64,000 nt of DNA from Octopus sinensis (taxonomy: Eukaryota). Position 1 is the stretch's first letter; the number at the start of each line of letters is the position of its first letter. Shown piece by piece: positions 27,496-41,855 of this stretch. The position numbers were made by a program, and so were the translations under genes. The notes under the pieces are model-generated. The model made no database searches, was not told where the DNA came from, and was given only the letters and a program-made list of their open reading frames with translations. The stretch spans positions 105,152,001 through 105,216,000 of the forward strand of contig NC_043000.1 in NCBI RefSeq assembly GCF_006345805.1. The letters are read 5' to 3'.

Positions 27496-27877
27496 TACTA
27501 ACATACATTCATAGATATATGTATATATACATATACATATATATGTACATATATGTGCGTGTGTGTGTGGGCGTATGCGCACAGTTGAACTGGAAATTAC
27601 TTGTTCAGCACATTGGGAAAATTTTTAATATAAATATATATAAGTATATATAGTAAAGCATATATAATTTCTATAAGTGCATGTGCGTACAAACCTACAC
27701 ACAAATGTATGTATGTATGTATGTATGCATGTATGTATGTATGTATATATGTATGTATGTATATTTGTATGTAAGTATTGATATTTACATATCAATACAC
27801 ATTCATATTTACAAAGAAAATTACATGAAACAATATTACAGAATACTAGAAATTTTTAAAAATTAACTGTGTGTGCA

Positions 27878-27913
<36 letters not shown>

Positions 27914-28300
27914 GTGTGTGTGTGTGCGCGTGTGAGTGTTGTAGGAGAGAGAGAGAAAGATAAAGAACGAGAGAGAGAGGGTAATAGTTTCTTACATGTG
28001 AGTGTGTGTTGATATGTATAAATGAATGTAGTTATTTTTATATCTAAAACTACATGTTTTGAACCATTTTCATCGACACACTGACCTACATCACCTTATC
28101 TTCCTCCTCTCCATCATCAGGCCTCCTACTGTGGTTTGTCTTTTCACTCCTACTTCTGCTAGTTACAAACAGAGCTTTCTGTGTTTTTAATAGTTCCATC
28201 GGCCAATTTTGTTTTGCTAAATCACAATTTCTGATTATAAATCTTTGCTATGCCTCTCCGATTCTGTCTCACTCCATCTCTTTGAGTGTACGTACACACG

Positions 28301-28376
<76 letters not shown>

Positions 28377-28380
28377 TCAA

Positions 28381-28438
<58 letters not shown>

Positions 28439-30745
28439 AGTGTGTGTGTGTGTGTGTGTGTGCGTGTGGTGTGTGTGCGTGAGGATGGATAGATGGATGG
28501 ATGGGTGGATAGATGGAGAGAGTGTGTGTGAGTGAATAGATGAATGAATGTAAACGTTTAAAACTACCATCGGTGCTAATGCTAAGAATCGTAAAGTTTT
28601 TAAACATCACATTGGATTTGACCTCAGTCAAACACTAGATCCACAGGAAACCAAATGAAGTTATAGACTTCTCAAACAAATCTTCAACAATCTCTTCGCA
28701 ATCATAAAATAAAACTGAGTAAGCAACATAATTGGATTATCATCCCACGAGGATACATTCATTCAAGCTGCATCTGACTGTATCCGCACTGTGAGCGGCT
28801 TCAAAGAAAAATTCAAATATGTTGAATAAGCCCCTTAAAGCAGTGGAGGTAGATGATGAGCACAGCATCAAATATATGTTCGGTCTTTGAAAAGAGAATA
28901 TTTTCGAACGAAACAACTATTATCATCAGCTTTTCCCTTTAGATCACACATCACCGTCTTTTAAAAACAAAGAGCATACTGGGCTATGTAGCCCTAGATA
29001 CACAATATCTTAAAATATATTATGATAACTATGTCGATCACGATTTTTTTTACAAGTCTACTTCATCAGGGCTGACCTGGAGTTAAGCAGCGACGACATG
29101 GGCTAAGAAGGACGTTAAGAGTACTGACGATGTGGACAGGAAGTACGAATAACTCTTCAACAACAACAACAACAACAACAACACTAACACCATTTCTGTG
29201 AAGTGACTGAAAATTCCATCTTGAGTTGATTTGCTTCTTAAGCTGCTAAGTTTAAAGCCCATCAACGTTTTCCAAATAATTCCTTGCTATTTTATGGTAC
29301 ATTAACCTTAAGGTATCAACCATCTCAATTTTCGATGAGTCCGACGACAGAATGTAAAGAGACTTTACCAAATACGTCAGTGCACTTTATCAAGAAATGC
29401 TCAGCAGATTCTACAAACTCTGTAATTTTATATATCTATACCTTTCAAGTTTTGTTTCATCTGTCTTTATTCCTCATCATTGCCTTTCCGCCTAACAGTA
29501 ACCCTTTGTACTCATATACATACTACACAATACACTCGCATTGCTTCAGTCTCAGAACCAATGTCATTTAATAGGTGCAATACATTTCATTTACTATATT
29601 TTCCAACGAGATGTAACAGTAAATATCTTTCAAATGACACACTAACATTTTAAACCAAGAAGACACATTGGACAATCAAATATGTGAAGTACGAAAAATA
29701 CCGGATGGAATGGCCACGACTGGAACATCTTTGATAATAGGTATGTCTGTTCAACTAGGGCTGACAAGAAGATAAATAATAACAAAGTTAATAGCAGCAG
29801 CAGTTTAGATTAGTAGCTACTATCAAACAAGAAGAGAAACACAACTCCCTTTCAGTTATAACGGTAAACTCAGCTGTTCTTCGGCACATAATTTTCTAGA
29901 ATAACGGAAACGCCTGATAAAGAAAGTAAAGAAATGTGAAAAGATTTGACCGTCATTAGAAGTTGAGTTCTGAAAGTCGTCAACTTTACTTATCACTTAA
30001 TAGAGATAATTCTATGTTAAAATAACTTCCTTTCCGGTTCTATAAAAGACTAAATCTGCACACTCTATAAATCCTGTTCCTGCACATACACACATACACA
30101 AACATACACACGCATGCGCACGCACACAAACACACACGTAAATACATACAAACACACTCACGCATACACTTTTACGTGTGTGCGAGCGATTTTGTTTCTG
30201 TATGTGTGAGTGTGTCAGTCTGCAGATAGTTGCACACAAACGTATGGGAAAATATATGCGCGTGAATGTGTGCGTGTGAGTGTGTATGAGTGTGTATGTG
30301 TGCTCGCACGTATATGTATTTGTATTTGGTGTTTGAGTGGTGTGAGATTTTCACAGCAGCTGAAGTCTTATCTATAAATGTTGACTGAGGAAGAAAAGAC
30401 AAGTAAAGTAATAACAATCATAAGTTGTTTGGCTTCGAATCCTTATCGGTAAAACCCCATCCTCAAATTCTTGACCTTGGACCCGAGTGAGAAATCATAT
30501 TATTATATATTATTACAGCAGTAATTAATATCACTTTGTCTTTTCATCCTCCGAAGTCATTGAAACAAAGTGCCAGTCAAACACCGACTCGATTAAGTCG
30601 ACTTTACACCAAACAGAAAACTGTGGCAATGAGTTTAAGTGTAAATATTTATGGTGGGCTATCAATGGAACCGATTCCTTATCACGCATCGAAATACGTA
30701 AATACATACATACATACATACATATATATATAATATATATATTAT

Positions 30746-30779
<34 letters not shown>

Positions 30780-30834
30780 CATATATCGGCATAAATACAT
30801 TCACACATGCATATATAGGTGTATGTGTGCTAAT

Positions 30835-30876
<42 letters not shown>

Positions 30877-30886
30877 GATAGTTAGG

Positions 30887-30966
<80 letters not shown>

Positions 30967-31322
30967 CAGACATATTGATATAGATATATGTATGTATGCA
31001 TTTTTGTATTTATGCATGCAAGCGTGTATATATGTATGTATGTCTGTATGACTTGTGCGTATGTATTTTCTTTAGGATTCAAGTTCTTTTGGTCTTTTCG
31101 TTCTCATTTGTTGAATTCAAGATGGCCACTAAGTGACAAGGCTGTTTTTGTTTCTTCTTTCTTCAGTTAAGATAGATGCTGGGGATTGTGGTCGACTGAA
31201 GCAGTTGATGTGTGTATATATATATATATATATACATGTTTGTGCTCGTGAATAACTTGTAGTTGTTTGGTGGATATGCGTTTTGCTCTAACATACAAGT
31301 GTCTGTGTATCACTGTTGGAAG

Positions 31323-31399
<77 letters not shown>

Positions 31400-31400
31400 T

Positions 31401-31452
<52 letters not shown>

Positions 31453-31469
31453 CAATGCATTCCATAAGT

Positions 31470-31772
31470 ATGTGAGGGTGCATATCATAGGATATTCGGC
31501 TTACGATCATAAGGTCGTAAGTCCGATTCCTTGTGGAAGACATTTTATTTCACGTGCTCCAGTTCACTCAGCTAACAAAAATAGGTTGTACTTGCATTTT
31601 ACAACGGACTAGCCTTATCACATTCTGTGTGACACTGAATCTCCCTGAGAACTACGTTAAGGGTACGCATGTCTGTGGAGTGCTCAGCCACTTGCACGTT
31701 AATTTCAAGAGAAGGCTGGTCCGTTGATTAGATCAACTGGAACCCTCCTCGTTGTAACCGATAAAGTGTCAG
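31470..31772 (+). mobile_element. SINE with family-C-like head and a different 3' body
   Basis: Head atgtgagggtgcat...ttatttcacgtgctccagttcactcagct is shared with family C, then gagaactacgttaagggtac...ggaaccctc. Confidence 0.7.
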
Positions 31773-31789
31773 TTTAAATGTTTAAGTGC

Positions 31790-32270
31790 ATATGTGAAAG
31801 ATTCTCCACATACAGAATCTTTGTAACGTTTTTCACACTTTTACTTTACCCGTAAATGATTGTGTTTAGCAGACACAGATCTGTTTGGTTTACTCTTTTT
31901 TAGAGAGCCCCAGTTTTTTTAGTCTTTTTATACAGATTCATTGTTATGAAGCCCATCGTGCTTATGATAAAGGGTACGAACGAGAATTTATAGTCTAGGC
32001 ATAAGAACTTATCAGTTTCCCATCACTGTTCTCTTTCTTTACAGTTTTTGATGCGACATTCAGATCCACTGGCCAGATAATCTTTACTAGAGTACATGTC
32101 TCTTGCTCTCAGTCCTGCAGGACAATGTCTGGCCTGTTGCGCTTACACCGGGTGACTGTTCAAGATGTCCCACCAGTATTCTTTCTTTTTTTTTGTAGAT
32201 GTGAATATGCATTCTAGTTCTTGTATGCCTTTGGTATGGCCGTCAGAGTAGTCCTTCCCGCGTATGTTGT
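31790..32270 (-). mobile_element. RLE-type LINE 3' fragment (copy 1)
   Basis: EYWWDI, KRNRPDIVLQD*EQETCTLVKIIWPVDLNV, DYKFSFVPFIISTMGF. Confidence 0.75.
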
Positions 32271-32271
32271 A

Positions 32272-32650
32272 ACCTGTAAGCTTTCATATCTTGATGCAAA
32301 ACCTTGATCATGTTTACAAATTTTCCCGGGCAAACTGTTTTCCTTAGAATTAGCTACAGAGAGCATTTCGTTTAACAGTATCGAATGCCTTGCTCAAATC
32401 AACAAAGCAATGGTTTAGAGCAAGATTCTGTTCAATGCACTCTTCTTGTAATTGTCTGATAGTAAAGATACAATCAGCGCTGTACCGAGGATGAAAACCA
32501 CGCTGAGACTCAGACACTATATTTGGATCTATGAAGGCATTTAAACATTTTAACAAAAACAAAGTAAATATATATAGAAGCTACAGGTTTCGAAGTAGTT
32601 GTTCATAGTTATCCTCTTTCTCTTTGATTTTCAAAAAGATATTCACATAC
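32272..32650 (-). mobile_element. RTE LINE reverse-transcriptase fragment
   Basis: ESQRGFHP..SADCIFTIRQLQEECIEQN..FVDLSKAFDTV then ILRKTVCPGKFVNMIKVLHQDMKA. Confidence 0.88.
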
Positions 32651-32654
32651 GCAG

Positions 32655-33400
32655 GTATGCTTGAGGAGGCCAGGATGTAAAACTCCAAAGCGATCTAAGG
32701 AAGAATGCTACAATCGAGAAGGTGATTCCGACATCCTTGCACCTGCAGCCATCACCTCAATTAAAGCTATGATTTTGAGAAACCAATTGAGATGTTGTGG
32801 CCATATTGTTCGAATGGCGGATGAACGCATGCCGAAACAGCTGTTTTATGGTGAGCTTACAGAGGGGAAGCGCTATCGGCGTGAACCTAAAAAAAAGGTT
32901 TAAGGACGGCATAAGGACTACTATGAAGTCAGTTGGAATGGATCCAGAAAGCATAGACACCTTTGCTTTGGAATGAGCAAGATGGCGAATAAAAGTGTGG
33001 AGTGGAGTGAAAGCTTTTGAAGAGGCCAAAAGAGATCTAAGGGAAAATGTTACGATCGAGAAGGTGAATGACAATGACCTTTTTGTGTGCATAGTTTGTG
33101 ACAGACCATACCTTTCTTTTGCTGGGCTCAAATCTCAGTTGTGAACCCATGGAAAACGAATCTCCACCAACTATTCTGCCTATGTCTGTGCACACCTTTG
33201 AATGCAGTGTATGTCAGAAGGTTTGCAAATCTAACGGAGGCCTCAAAAGACATTTTAAGATCTACAAAGATCAGAACTTAACTTCAGCTCTTGGTGGTCC
33301 AAATCGGATGTGCAATCTATGTCTGGTTTAAAAAGCCACATCAGATGCCATGATGATTCTAAGGTGTAGGTATACGAGATGGTCAAACTCTGCATAAGGA
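32655..33400 (+). mobile_element. RTE LINE 3' fragment with C-terminal zinc-finger-like motifs
   Basis: QLRCCGHIVRMADERMPKQLFYGELTEGKR; CIVCDRPYLSFAGLKSQ and FECSVCQKVCKSNGGLKRH. Confidence 0.88.
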
Positions 33401-33415
33401 GTAGACAATCACCAT

Positions 33416-34053
33416 GTATGTATGTATGTATGTATGTATGTATGTATGTCATTTACTTCAAAATTTCTTTCCAATAGAGAAAGAGCCAGTTTTTAACCTA
33501 CATTCAAGGCTCCTTCATAGAAATTTCAGCATCAACAACAGGGTATTTTTGTTTGTTTGTATGTATGTATGCATGTATGTATGTATGTATGTATGTATGT
33601 ATGCACGTATGTACATATGCAGATTTGTATGTTTTGTTTTATGTATGTATACTCATACATATAGTTCGATATTTAGATACGCTCATATATATTTAAAGTT
33701 TTACAGATTTTTACAGTTCCATTGATGGATTGAATCTGTAATCTTCGAATTTAGCTTTCTCTTTTCTGGTTTTGAGAAGCCTAATTTCTCAAGATTGGCA
33801 TTTTGGAAGTGTGTTACATATCCCAGGGTCCCAATAATTACAGGAATAAACCTGAACTTGTAATCTGGATAGAGTAACAGCAGATTTCTCAATAGTTCAG
33901 ATTTCTCAATATGTTAACATTTGCTGGGCAGCTAATTTCCACAACCGTACACAGTTTCTCTTCTCTATCCCAAATCATTCTATCAGGTTTTTGTGCTTAC
34001 ATTTTATTGAGGTTTTCACTGGGACCTTCCACCAGCACTCCATTTTATTATGA
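33416..34053 (-). mobile_element. RLE-type LINE 3' fragment (copy 2) with 3' UTR and (ACAT)n tail
   Basis: MECWWKVPVKTSIKCKH(K)PDRMIWDREEKLCTVVEISCPANVN; LLLLYPDYKFRFIPVIIGTLGYV; same family as 31790-32270. Confidence 0.8.
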
Positions 34054-34692
34054 GTGGCTGTGACTTCATGTATGCATGTATGTATGTATGTATGCATATA
34101 TGTTTGCATTTATGCATGCATGTATGTCTACATGTATGTATATATGTATGTTTATATATGTGTACGTGCGTACGTATGTATGAGTGCTATTTTTTTGGAA
34201 TTTAAGTTTTTTCTGGAATTTTTTTTCAACGCAGAATTTAAGTGGGTCACTCACGGAGTGACAAAGACCTTCTGTCTAAGACAAGACAGACTTACGGGGT
34301 TGGGGATACAGCAACTGTGTGTGTGTATATATACGTGTGTCTGTGCATGTGTGTGCTATGTATGGAAAATATTACCCCATAAAGTGAGAGTGTTCGTCAC
34401 TTTAGTTATACTTGTACTTCATTACTCTTTTTATGCATATGCATATATTCCGTATATATATGTGATTGTGTGCATATGTGCATCCCAGGAACATCAAATG
34501 GAACAATCTATCGAATGTTTTACAAATTTTCAATATACTACTAATCGGATGTATTAAGAGAATGCGAATCAGTTGCTTTTCTTTTTTTCTTTTTTGACTG
34601 ACCCAACATTGTTGCGCTCTTATACAAATTTGTTCTTACGTTGCTCAATGCACCTATGTACATGTGTATGTGTGTGTGTGTTGTGTGTATGT

Positions 34693-34765
<73 letters not shown>

Positions 34766-35214
34766 CGACATTCTCAGGAACCACAAACTGTAGGTGAAAC
34801 TTTTGTTGCGGTAGTCGACGTATTATGCGCAACGGTGACGATGAAATACCGCCACTTCCTTAGCTTTCGACACACAATCACGTATGACTATATTCCTTTT
34901 CCTTTTAACGTCCCTGTCATAGGCCCTAACAATGACGAAGACACACACCAATATGGCAAGACTAAGATGCTAATTTCCAGACACCGACAACATGACTACG
35001 GCGGACGTAACTGCAAGGGCAATTTAAGAACCTGACTGACCCCAGCCCACCCTATGCCACATATTTCGTGTGCAATCACAGGTTAACACACAACGGAAGT
35101 AGAAGAATTTTATTGCTGGTTGTTTGTGATACCATGAGGTTCGACTTATACAAATACAAATACAAGCATACAAATACAAACCATATATATATATATACAT
35201 ATACTTTAAATAAA

Positions 35215-35456
35215 TATATTTCTTTACTACCCACAAGGGGCTAAACACAGAGAGGACAAACAAGGACAGACAAACGGATTAAGTCGATTACATCGACCCC
35301 AGTGCGCAACTGGTACTTAATTTATCGACCCCGAAAGGATGAAAGGCAAAGTCGACCTCGGCGGAATTTGAACTCAGAACGTAACAGCAGACGAAATACG
35401 GCCACGCATTTCGCCCGGCGTGCTAACGTTTCTGCCAGCTCACCGCCTTCTTATAT
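35215..35456 (-). mobile_element. Full-length young SINE family B with 16-bp TSD
   Basis: Close match to the 20847 copy; TSD atatactttaaataaa at 35199-35214 and 35457-35472. Confidence 0.92.
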
Positions 35457-35719
35457 ATATACTTTAAATAAAGTATACATACATGCATACATACATACAT
35501 ACATACATACATACATACATACATACATACATGGCATGACTCTTCTTTGAACTCTGTTTCTTCAAAATAAGTTATTATGGAAACTCTTCATAGAATAATT
35601 TGTAAATATTTTATAGAATATTTTGTGATATAACTTTAAATATATAAACTGACGTTAGATATAAAATAAAAAGAGAATTTACATCTAAGATTTGATTTAA
35701 CAAAATGTTCTTTCTGTAC

Positions 35720-36255
35720 CCGCTCCATATGTTAAGTGCTCCAAAATGCACCAAATAAATTTTCTCTAATGGCATGATATCCAGTTACAATGTTCTTTTT
35801 AGTTTATTTACTGCATCGTAATGTCTTTTTTCTTGGTGGGCCATCAACACTACTAGGCAGCTGCGTCATAAATTCCTCATTTGCACCTTGCTCTCATTTA
35901 AATTTTTTTATGAGTTTACATAAAAAAAATACGGTGACTAATAGCGCACAACTATTAGATGCACTGAGCCATTCTTCAAAGCTAATACTGGTTCGTGGCA
36001 AGCCGTTTTTTGTACCCGTTCATATGCATTCCAACATTGTATTGGAAATATTTGCTGTCGACGTCTTCCACGTCATACAGGTTGAAGCATTTGTTTATCT
36101 TAGTCGCTCAAAGTTCGAAGTTCCTCAGATCTCCATAACATCAACTTGAGTTACAAATGCCAGAGACTGAAAGAATTTTATCAAAAAAGCGAGTTTCATA
36201 TCTTCAATGTACTCATGCTGTATTCGGTATAATGATTCTGTCCGCTCTGTAAAAC
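35720..36255 (-). mobile_element. Degenerate Mutator-like (MULE) transposase C-terminal relic
   Basis: QHEYIEDMKLAFLIKFFQSLAFVTQVDV (cf. LAFVP..V), FPIQCWNAYERV, LPRTSISFEEW (cf. PRTNNxxEGW), EQGANE..PPRKK. Confidence 0.6.
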
Positions 36256-36422
36256 GAAAAGAACACTTAAAGTTTCTCCTGTACGAAAGTTATTTGAAAA
36301 GACCTTTCAAATTCAGTCTCATATGAAATCACAGTTATTAGTTCTTTGATAACTCGAGGGGTTTCAAAGTTTAACTGCTGTCAGATCTCGTAAAGTAAGA
36401 ATCAAATACTTATTTTGTGTGT

Positions 36423-36464
<42 letters not shown>

Positions 36465-37089
36465 AAGAGAGAGAAAGAAAGTGTGTGTACCTGTGTTAGC
36501 GCGTGTGAGTAAATGAAATATGAAGATATCAAATGTCCCATCAAACCACTAACATTGGACGAGTCAGCGAGGGATCCTTTATGTGGTTACCTGATACTTG
36601 ACAAGCTAGAAATTACAGTCAAATCTTGCTCAAATTACCTCCTACCAAGTTAGGAATATAAGAAAATAAAGAACACATTGGTTAATATAGCTCTAGATAC
36701 TCGGAAGTCTGTCCAATGGGAGGTTGACCTAGTGCTTAACAACTAACAATTGGTTAATACGAGTAAATACAAAGGGTGAGAGAAAGATGTAGAAGGCGGG
36801 GAAACGATATAGAAGATTACAGTCAAGTTAATTACATATAGTATTGTGGTAGCAGATTTACCATGTCATCTTGGCAAAATACGAAATACGAAAGTCTTAC
36901 ATTCCTGCATACATGTGTTTGTTTAAGTGCAGCAGGAAATGCTAATCTTTTACTTGCAAGGGAAGGCTAGTGTGTATGTTTTTATGCTTCTAATTTGCAA
37001 ACAGACAGTTCGCTATTTTTTTTTTCTCTCTATTATTCTCTTTCTAAGCGTATAAATATATAAAAGTCGAGAAAATGATAAATAGTCAT

Positions 37090-37185
<96 letters not shown>

Positions 37186-37187
37186 CC

Positions 37188-37240
<53 letters not shown>

Positions 37241-37343
37241 GGCAAGAATTTTGTTAATATACTAGTAGAGAGGTACAACCGTTTGTTTTTGCGTAAACCA
37301 TAACATAAAAAAGCAGAAAAGAACAAAGCGAAATAGGCTTTTT

Positions 37344-37422
<79 letters not shown>

Positions 37423-38080
37423 ATCTATCCCTATTTCTGTCTTTCTCTATAACTCTTACCCTTCTCTCTCTCTCTCTCTGTCTCACTTTCTCTTTAACGT
37501 TAAACCTCTCTCTTTTCAAATTTACCCCACCCCTTTAAAAATTCTCATATGAGGTTGTGTGTGCTTGTATACATGCATTCAGATATATGAGTGCGTGTGT
37601 GTATTTGTGTGTGTGTGTGTGTGTGTGTTTACGTATGCATATGTGTATGTATGCATGCATATGTTTGCGTATATATGTATGCATGTATGTTTGGATGAAT
37701 GTATATATATGTAAGTTTGTATGCATAATTGTGTGTATACACATGCATATATTCCTTCGCAAGCGAAGAATGTGATGTGGTAATCAAAATAGAAGTGAAG
37801 AAAAACAATGTAATTAAATTAGATGCGAGAGTAGCAAGGCGAGGGAGGGAGTGTTAAAGGAGGAGTGAGATAGGAATATATTAATTTAATTAAAAACAGA
37901 ACAACTAGTGAATCACTTCTAATTAAGGACTATGCTGTTGTGGGTGTTTTATGCGTATGTACTTGTGTGTGTTCACGTTTGAGTGTACGTATGCACGAGT
38001 GCGTGTGTATTACTTCAATCTACGTGAGAGTACGTTTGTGTACATGTATGTCTGTATGCGTTGGTGTGTATGTCTATACA

Positions 38081-38121
<41 letters not shown>

Positions 38122-38469
38122 CTGTGTGCGTGCACGATCGTTGAACGGGCGTTTTAACGAACCCCCCATTAGTTACCCACACCACATCTAAATAGACGAA
38201 ACAACGGACCAGCATTTACATGGATGTGATCGCTCGACCTGCGAGAAATAGCGGTCGAGAGTTACTCAAATTACAATCAACTATTTTTAAAAGACGGAAA
38301 CACACAATGGCAAATGCCGCTCTAGACATGTCTACCTTCTCTTCTCGCTGTGCCCAGCTTGTGGTGATGATGAAATTGATGATGTCGTGATGTGTATGCT
38401 TATTGTTTGGCCCTCTTTTATAGCTGATTCATTGTATTTGAAAGAGGGAGGAGGAGGAGGGCTCGAATT

Positions 38470-38626
38470 CAGTGCTCGGTTTACCTTACCTAACGAGACG
38501 GAGTGGATAAAACTCAACGTTAGCTTTGGTGGGATTTGAACTCAGTGCAGAGAACCAGAACACATACCGCAAAGCATTTTTAATACTTCACACTGACGAC
38601 TCTACCTATTCTATTCGCCACCTTGA
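38470..38626 (-). mobile_element. SINE family B, degenerate
   Basis: ctttggtgggatttgaactcag...accgcaaagcatttt...ctgacgactctacc. Confidence 0.55.
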
Positions 38627-39423
38627 TACTTCTATAAAGACACACTGAAAAACCATAGTTAACCTAGGTGTTAAACAACAACGATACTGTAATTGAGGTG
38701 GAATGGTTGCCTTGAGTTTCCTTGTTATCATATTTGCTGTGAAAAATGGGCAAACAGGCCCCCAGAATGGACATGCAATGAGGCTTTTCACCTTGTTATG
38801 GATAGAAACCAATAGTGGAAGCGGATTGGCTAGTACTGAGTATACGTGACTGTTTACGTTAACCTTTATTAAAATGGACTGCCAACGAAGAACCCTATAA
38901 GACTAACCAGAACACTCTGTGTGATCACTCAACTTGCTAGAAATAAAACCTAGTCTCCCTTAAATCACACTGTACTGCCTTTTAACAAATGTATCATACA
39001 TTAGTTAATGTACTCTTGGATCCTTTTTTCGAATAAAAGGCAAGATGATCATGATTGTTGCGACTTTCATTAAATGTCTGTTCGATCACTGCTGACCTGG
39101 AGAATGGATAGCCTCACAACGGAAGAGAATATTAAAGAAGAGCGGATTACATTGGGCCTAAGGGGTTTACGTGACTTGGCTGTTAACAAACACAGTGCCG
39201 CTGATGAGATACGAACCCTCCACTCTTTACTATTACTAATCCGGTATGAAGCGACTTTTACTGCATGTTATTAAATTGATTTCTTTTGGGCAAATATGGT
39301 TACCTTAAACAAATATGATCCTATATACAGTTACCGCTGTTTATACCCAGGTTTGCTGTGACAGAGCAGATCTATCATCAAAAATATACAGGCGTAACTA
39401 ACTCGTCTTTTTGTGATATCGAG

Positions 39424-39937
39424 AAGTAACTTGTTTATTGATGTGTAAATTTTTTTTCCAGTTACACCAAAAACAGAACACATCCGCTTTTTCGCCCGGG
39501 ACTGAACGCTGCAATTGGAGGCGAGTTTGTTTCATAAGCCATTCAAAGACTAGTTTTATGAGTCAGGATCTCATAAGTTAAAGAGAAACGGATAATGGAC
39601 AGCTGTTGGTGGGAGGAAGGGAAATTGTTTACCCGAGATGTGAAACTGCGTCATATCTGTGTAGTATTAGCATAACGGGAGTTTTAGTACTTGCATAGAG
39701 GTCATCAGTAAAATACAAATTACTGCAGAATACAACTTGTCTAATGACTTCCAAAAAGACTTGAAATCCGAGTCCTGGATTCAGCTTGCCTGGAGTTTTA
39801 TCTCCTAGTCTACAATACTTGCCCCTTGTTCCTCATTATGCAAAAAATAAACAAACAAATAAAATGAAGAGGCAGGAGGTGTTCTCTGTTTTTGGTGTAA
39901 CTAGAAATTAATTTAGACATCAATCAACAAGCTACTT
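39424..39937. mobile_element. Candidate MITE with ~62-bp imperfect TIRs
   Basis: 39424-39485 vs 39875-39937 reverse-complementary, sharing agttacaccaaaaacaga; no TSD seen. Confidence 0.65.
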
Positions 39938-40828
39938 TAGGCAAACCAACAAAATTTTCAGACGCTTTTTACTGTTTGGTGGTGGTGGTGGTGGTGATGG
40001 TGGTGGTGGTGGTGATGGTGGTGGTGGTGGTGATGGTGGTGGTGGTCATAGTGATAATGATGCTGTTGTTATTATTGTATAACTTCATGTACGCTCTGGC
40101 TGAGCAAGCCTATAATCCAAGACATTCCAGCTAGGACTATCCCAGATTTTTCTATGCAGCGAAACCAGGAATATGTTATGTTTTTCTCGGATGAGTAGGG
40201 TAAAATTTGAGGGAGATTTCGCAGGTGTGTCTTGCATGTCGATTGTGTTGCTGTTGTTGATAGTTATCATGTTAGTAGGGCCGGTGGTGATGGTGGTGTT
40301 GGTGGTGGTGGTGGTGGTAGTGATCATGATGGTAGTGGTTGCCATAGCAGTTGTAGAGGATATTCATAATGTAGAACAGACGTAGTGATTGTGTTAATGT
40401 GTGATGATGTTGGTTGAGTTAGGTTGATAGTGATGATGTCGGTAGTGGTTGTGGTAATGGATGTGATGGTAGTGGTCGTGGTGGCAACGGTGGCGGCGGG
40501 ATTGGAGGTGGGGTTGCGATATTTTATGGGTGGGGGATGGTTCTAAGGGTAGTGGCGGAGGTAGAAGTGCAAGTGATGATGATGTTGCCAACGTATTATC
40601 GGTGAATGTGATAAAAAGCAAAAAAAAAACAAAAAAAAAATTGAGATGATGAAAGGAAGAAGAAAATCTAAAACAAAAAAAGATATCTGCTTCCTTACTT
40701 CCGGTTTAAGTCTGAAGTAATTAACAGAACAAAGCTTACACACACACATACCAACACATATGCATATACCAATACACATACCACGCACCAACATACAAAC
40801 GTGCATATGTATGCGTACGTGAGTATTT

Positions 40829-40873
<45 letters not shown>

Positions 40874-41074
40874 TGTGTGTGTGTGTGTGCAAAATATCAT
40901 ACACATATATACATACAGACACACAGACACCCATACACATATATAAACCTGTGACATATTTACGCTTAAATACAGTCATTGACAGACTCACGTGCCTATG
41001 CGAACTGACAGACACACACAGGCGTACAAATAAATACCACATATATATACTCATATATGTACGCATATAGAAAT

Positions 41075-41121
<47 letters not shown>

Positions 41122-41324
41122 AACACACGCATATAATACATAAACTAAATACCATCATACATGTACGCCGACACATATGCACACAAGCAGATATATAAAC
41201 ATATATGAATATGCATATGCTTTTATCTACACGTGCGCACAGATACATTCGTAAACTCATATTCATCTGGCAGACGCACAACTCAGACATTTATAAGAAC
41301 TTTAATACATTCAAACACAGAATT

Positions 41325-41452
41325 AGGTATGGAACACATTTGGCAGCGACGTGGTTTTGGATTCAGTCTCCCACGTGTCTTGTACTGTCGTCCCGAGCCG
41401 ACCAATGCCTTGTGAGCGAGTTCCGTAGATAGAAACTGCGTGGAAGTCCGTT
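41325..41452 (+). mobile_element. SINE family A 5' fragment, degenerate
   Basis: ggattcagtc...ccgaccaatgccttgtgag...gaaactgcgtggaagtccg followed by a microsatellite. Confidence 0.65.
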
Positions 41453-41468
41453 TTGCGCTCTGTCTGTA

Positions 41469-41563
<95 letters not shown>

Positions 41564-41576
41564 CCTCCCTCTCTCA

Positions 41577-41635
<59 letters not shown>

Positions 41636-41855
41636 GTGTAGGCGCGTGGTTCAATGCATGGTTAGAGCATCGGGCTCACAATCATGAGATAGTGAGTTCG
41701 ATTCCTGGAAGCTGGGTGTTGTGTTCTTGAGCAAGACATTTTAATTCACGTGGCTCCAGTTCACCAAAATTTATCAGCCTTTGCCTTTCCCTTGCATAAC
41801 ATTTGTGGGGTGGAGAGGAGATGCTGGTATGCAAACTTGCCCTGACTTTTACCTG
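41636..41855 (+). mobile_element. SINE family C, internally deleted
   Basis: ggcgcgtgg..ggttagagcatcgggctcac..gagttcgattcc..ttgagcaagaca..gcctttgcctttcccttg. Confidence 0.8.
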
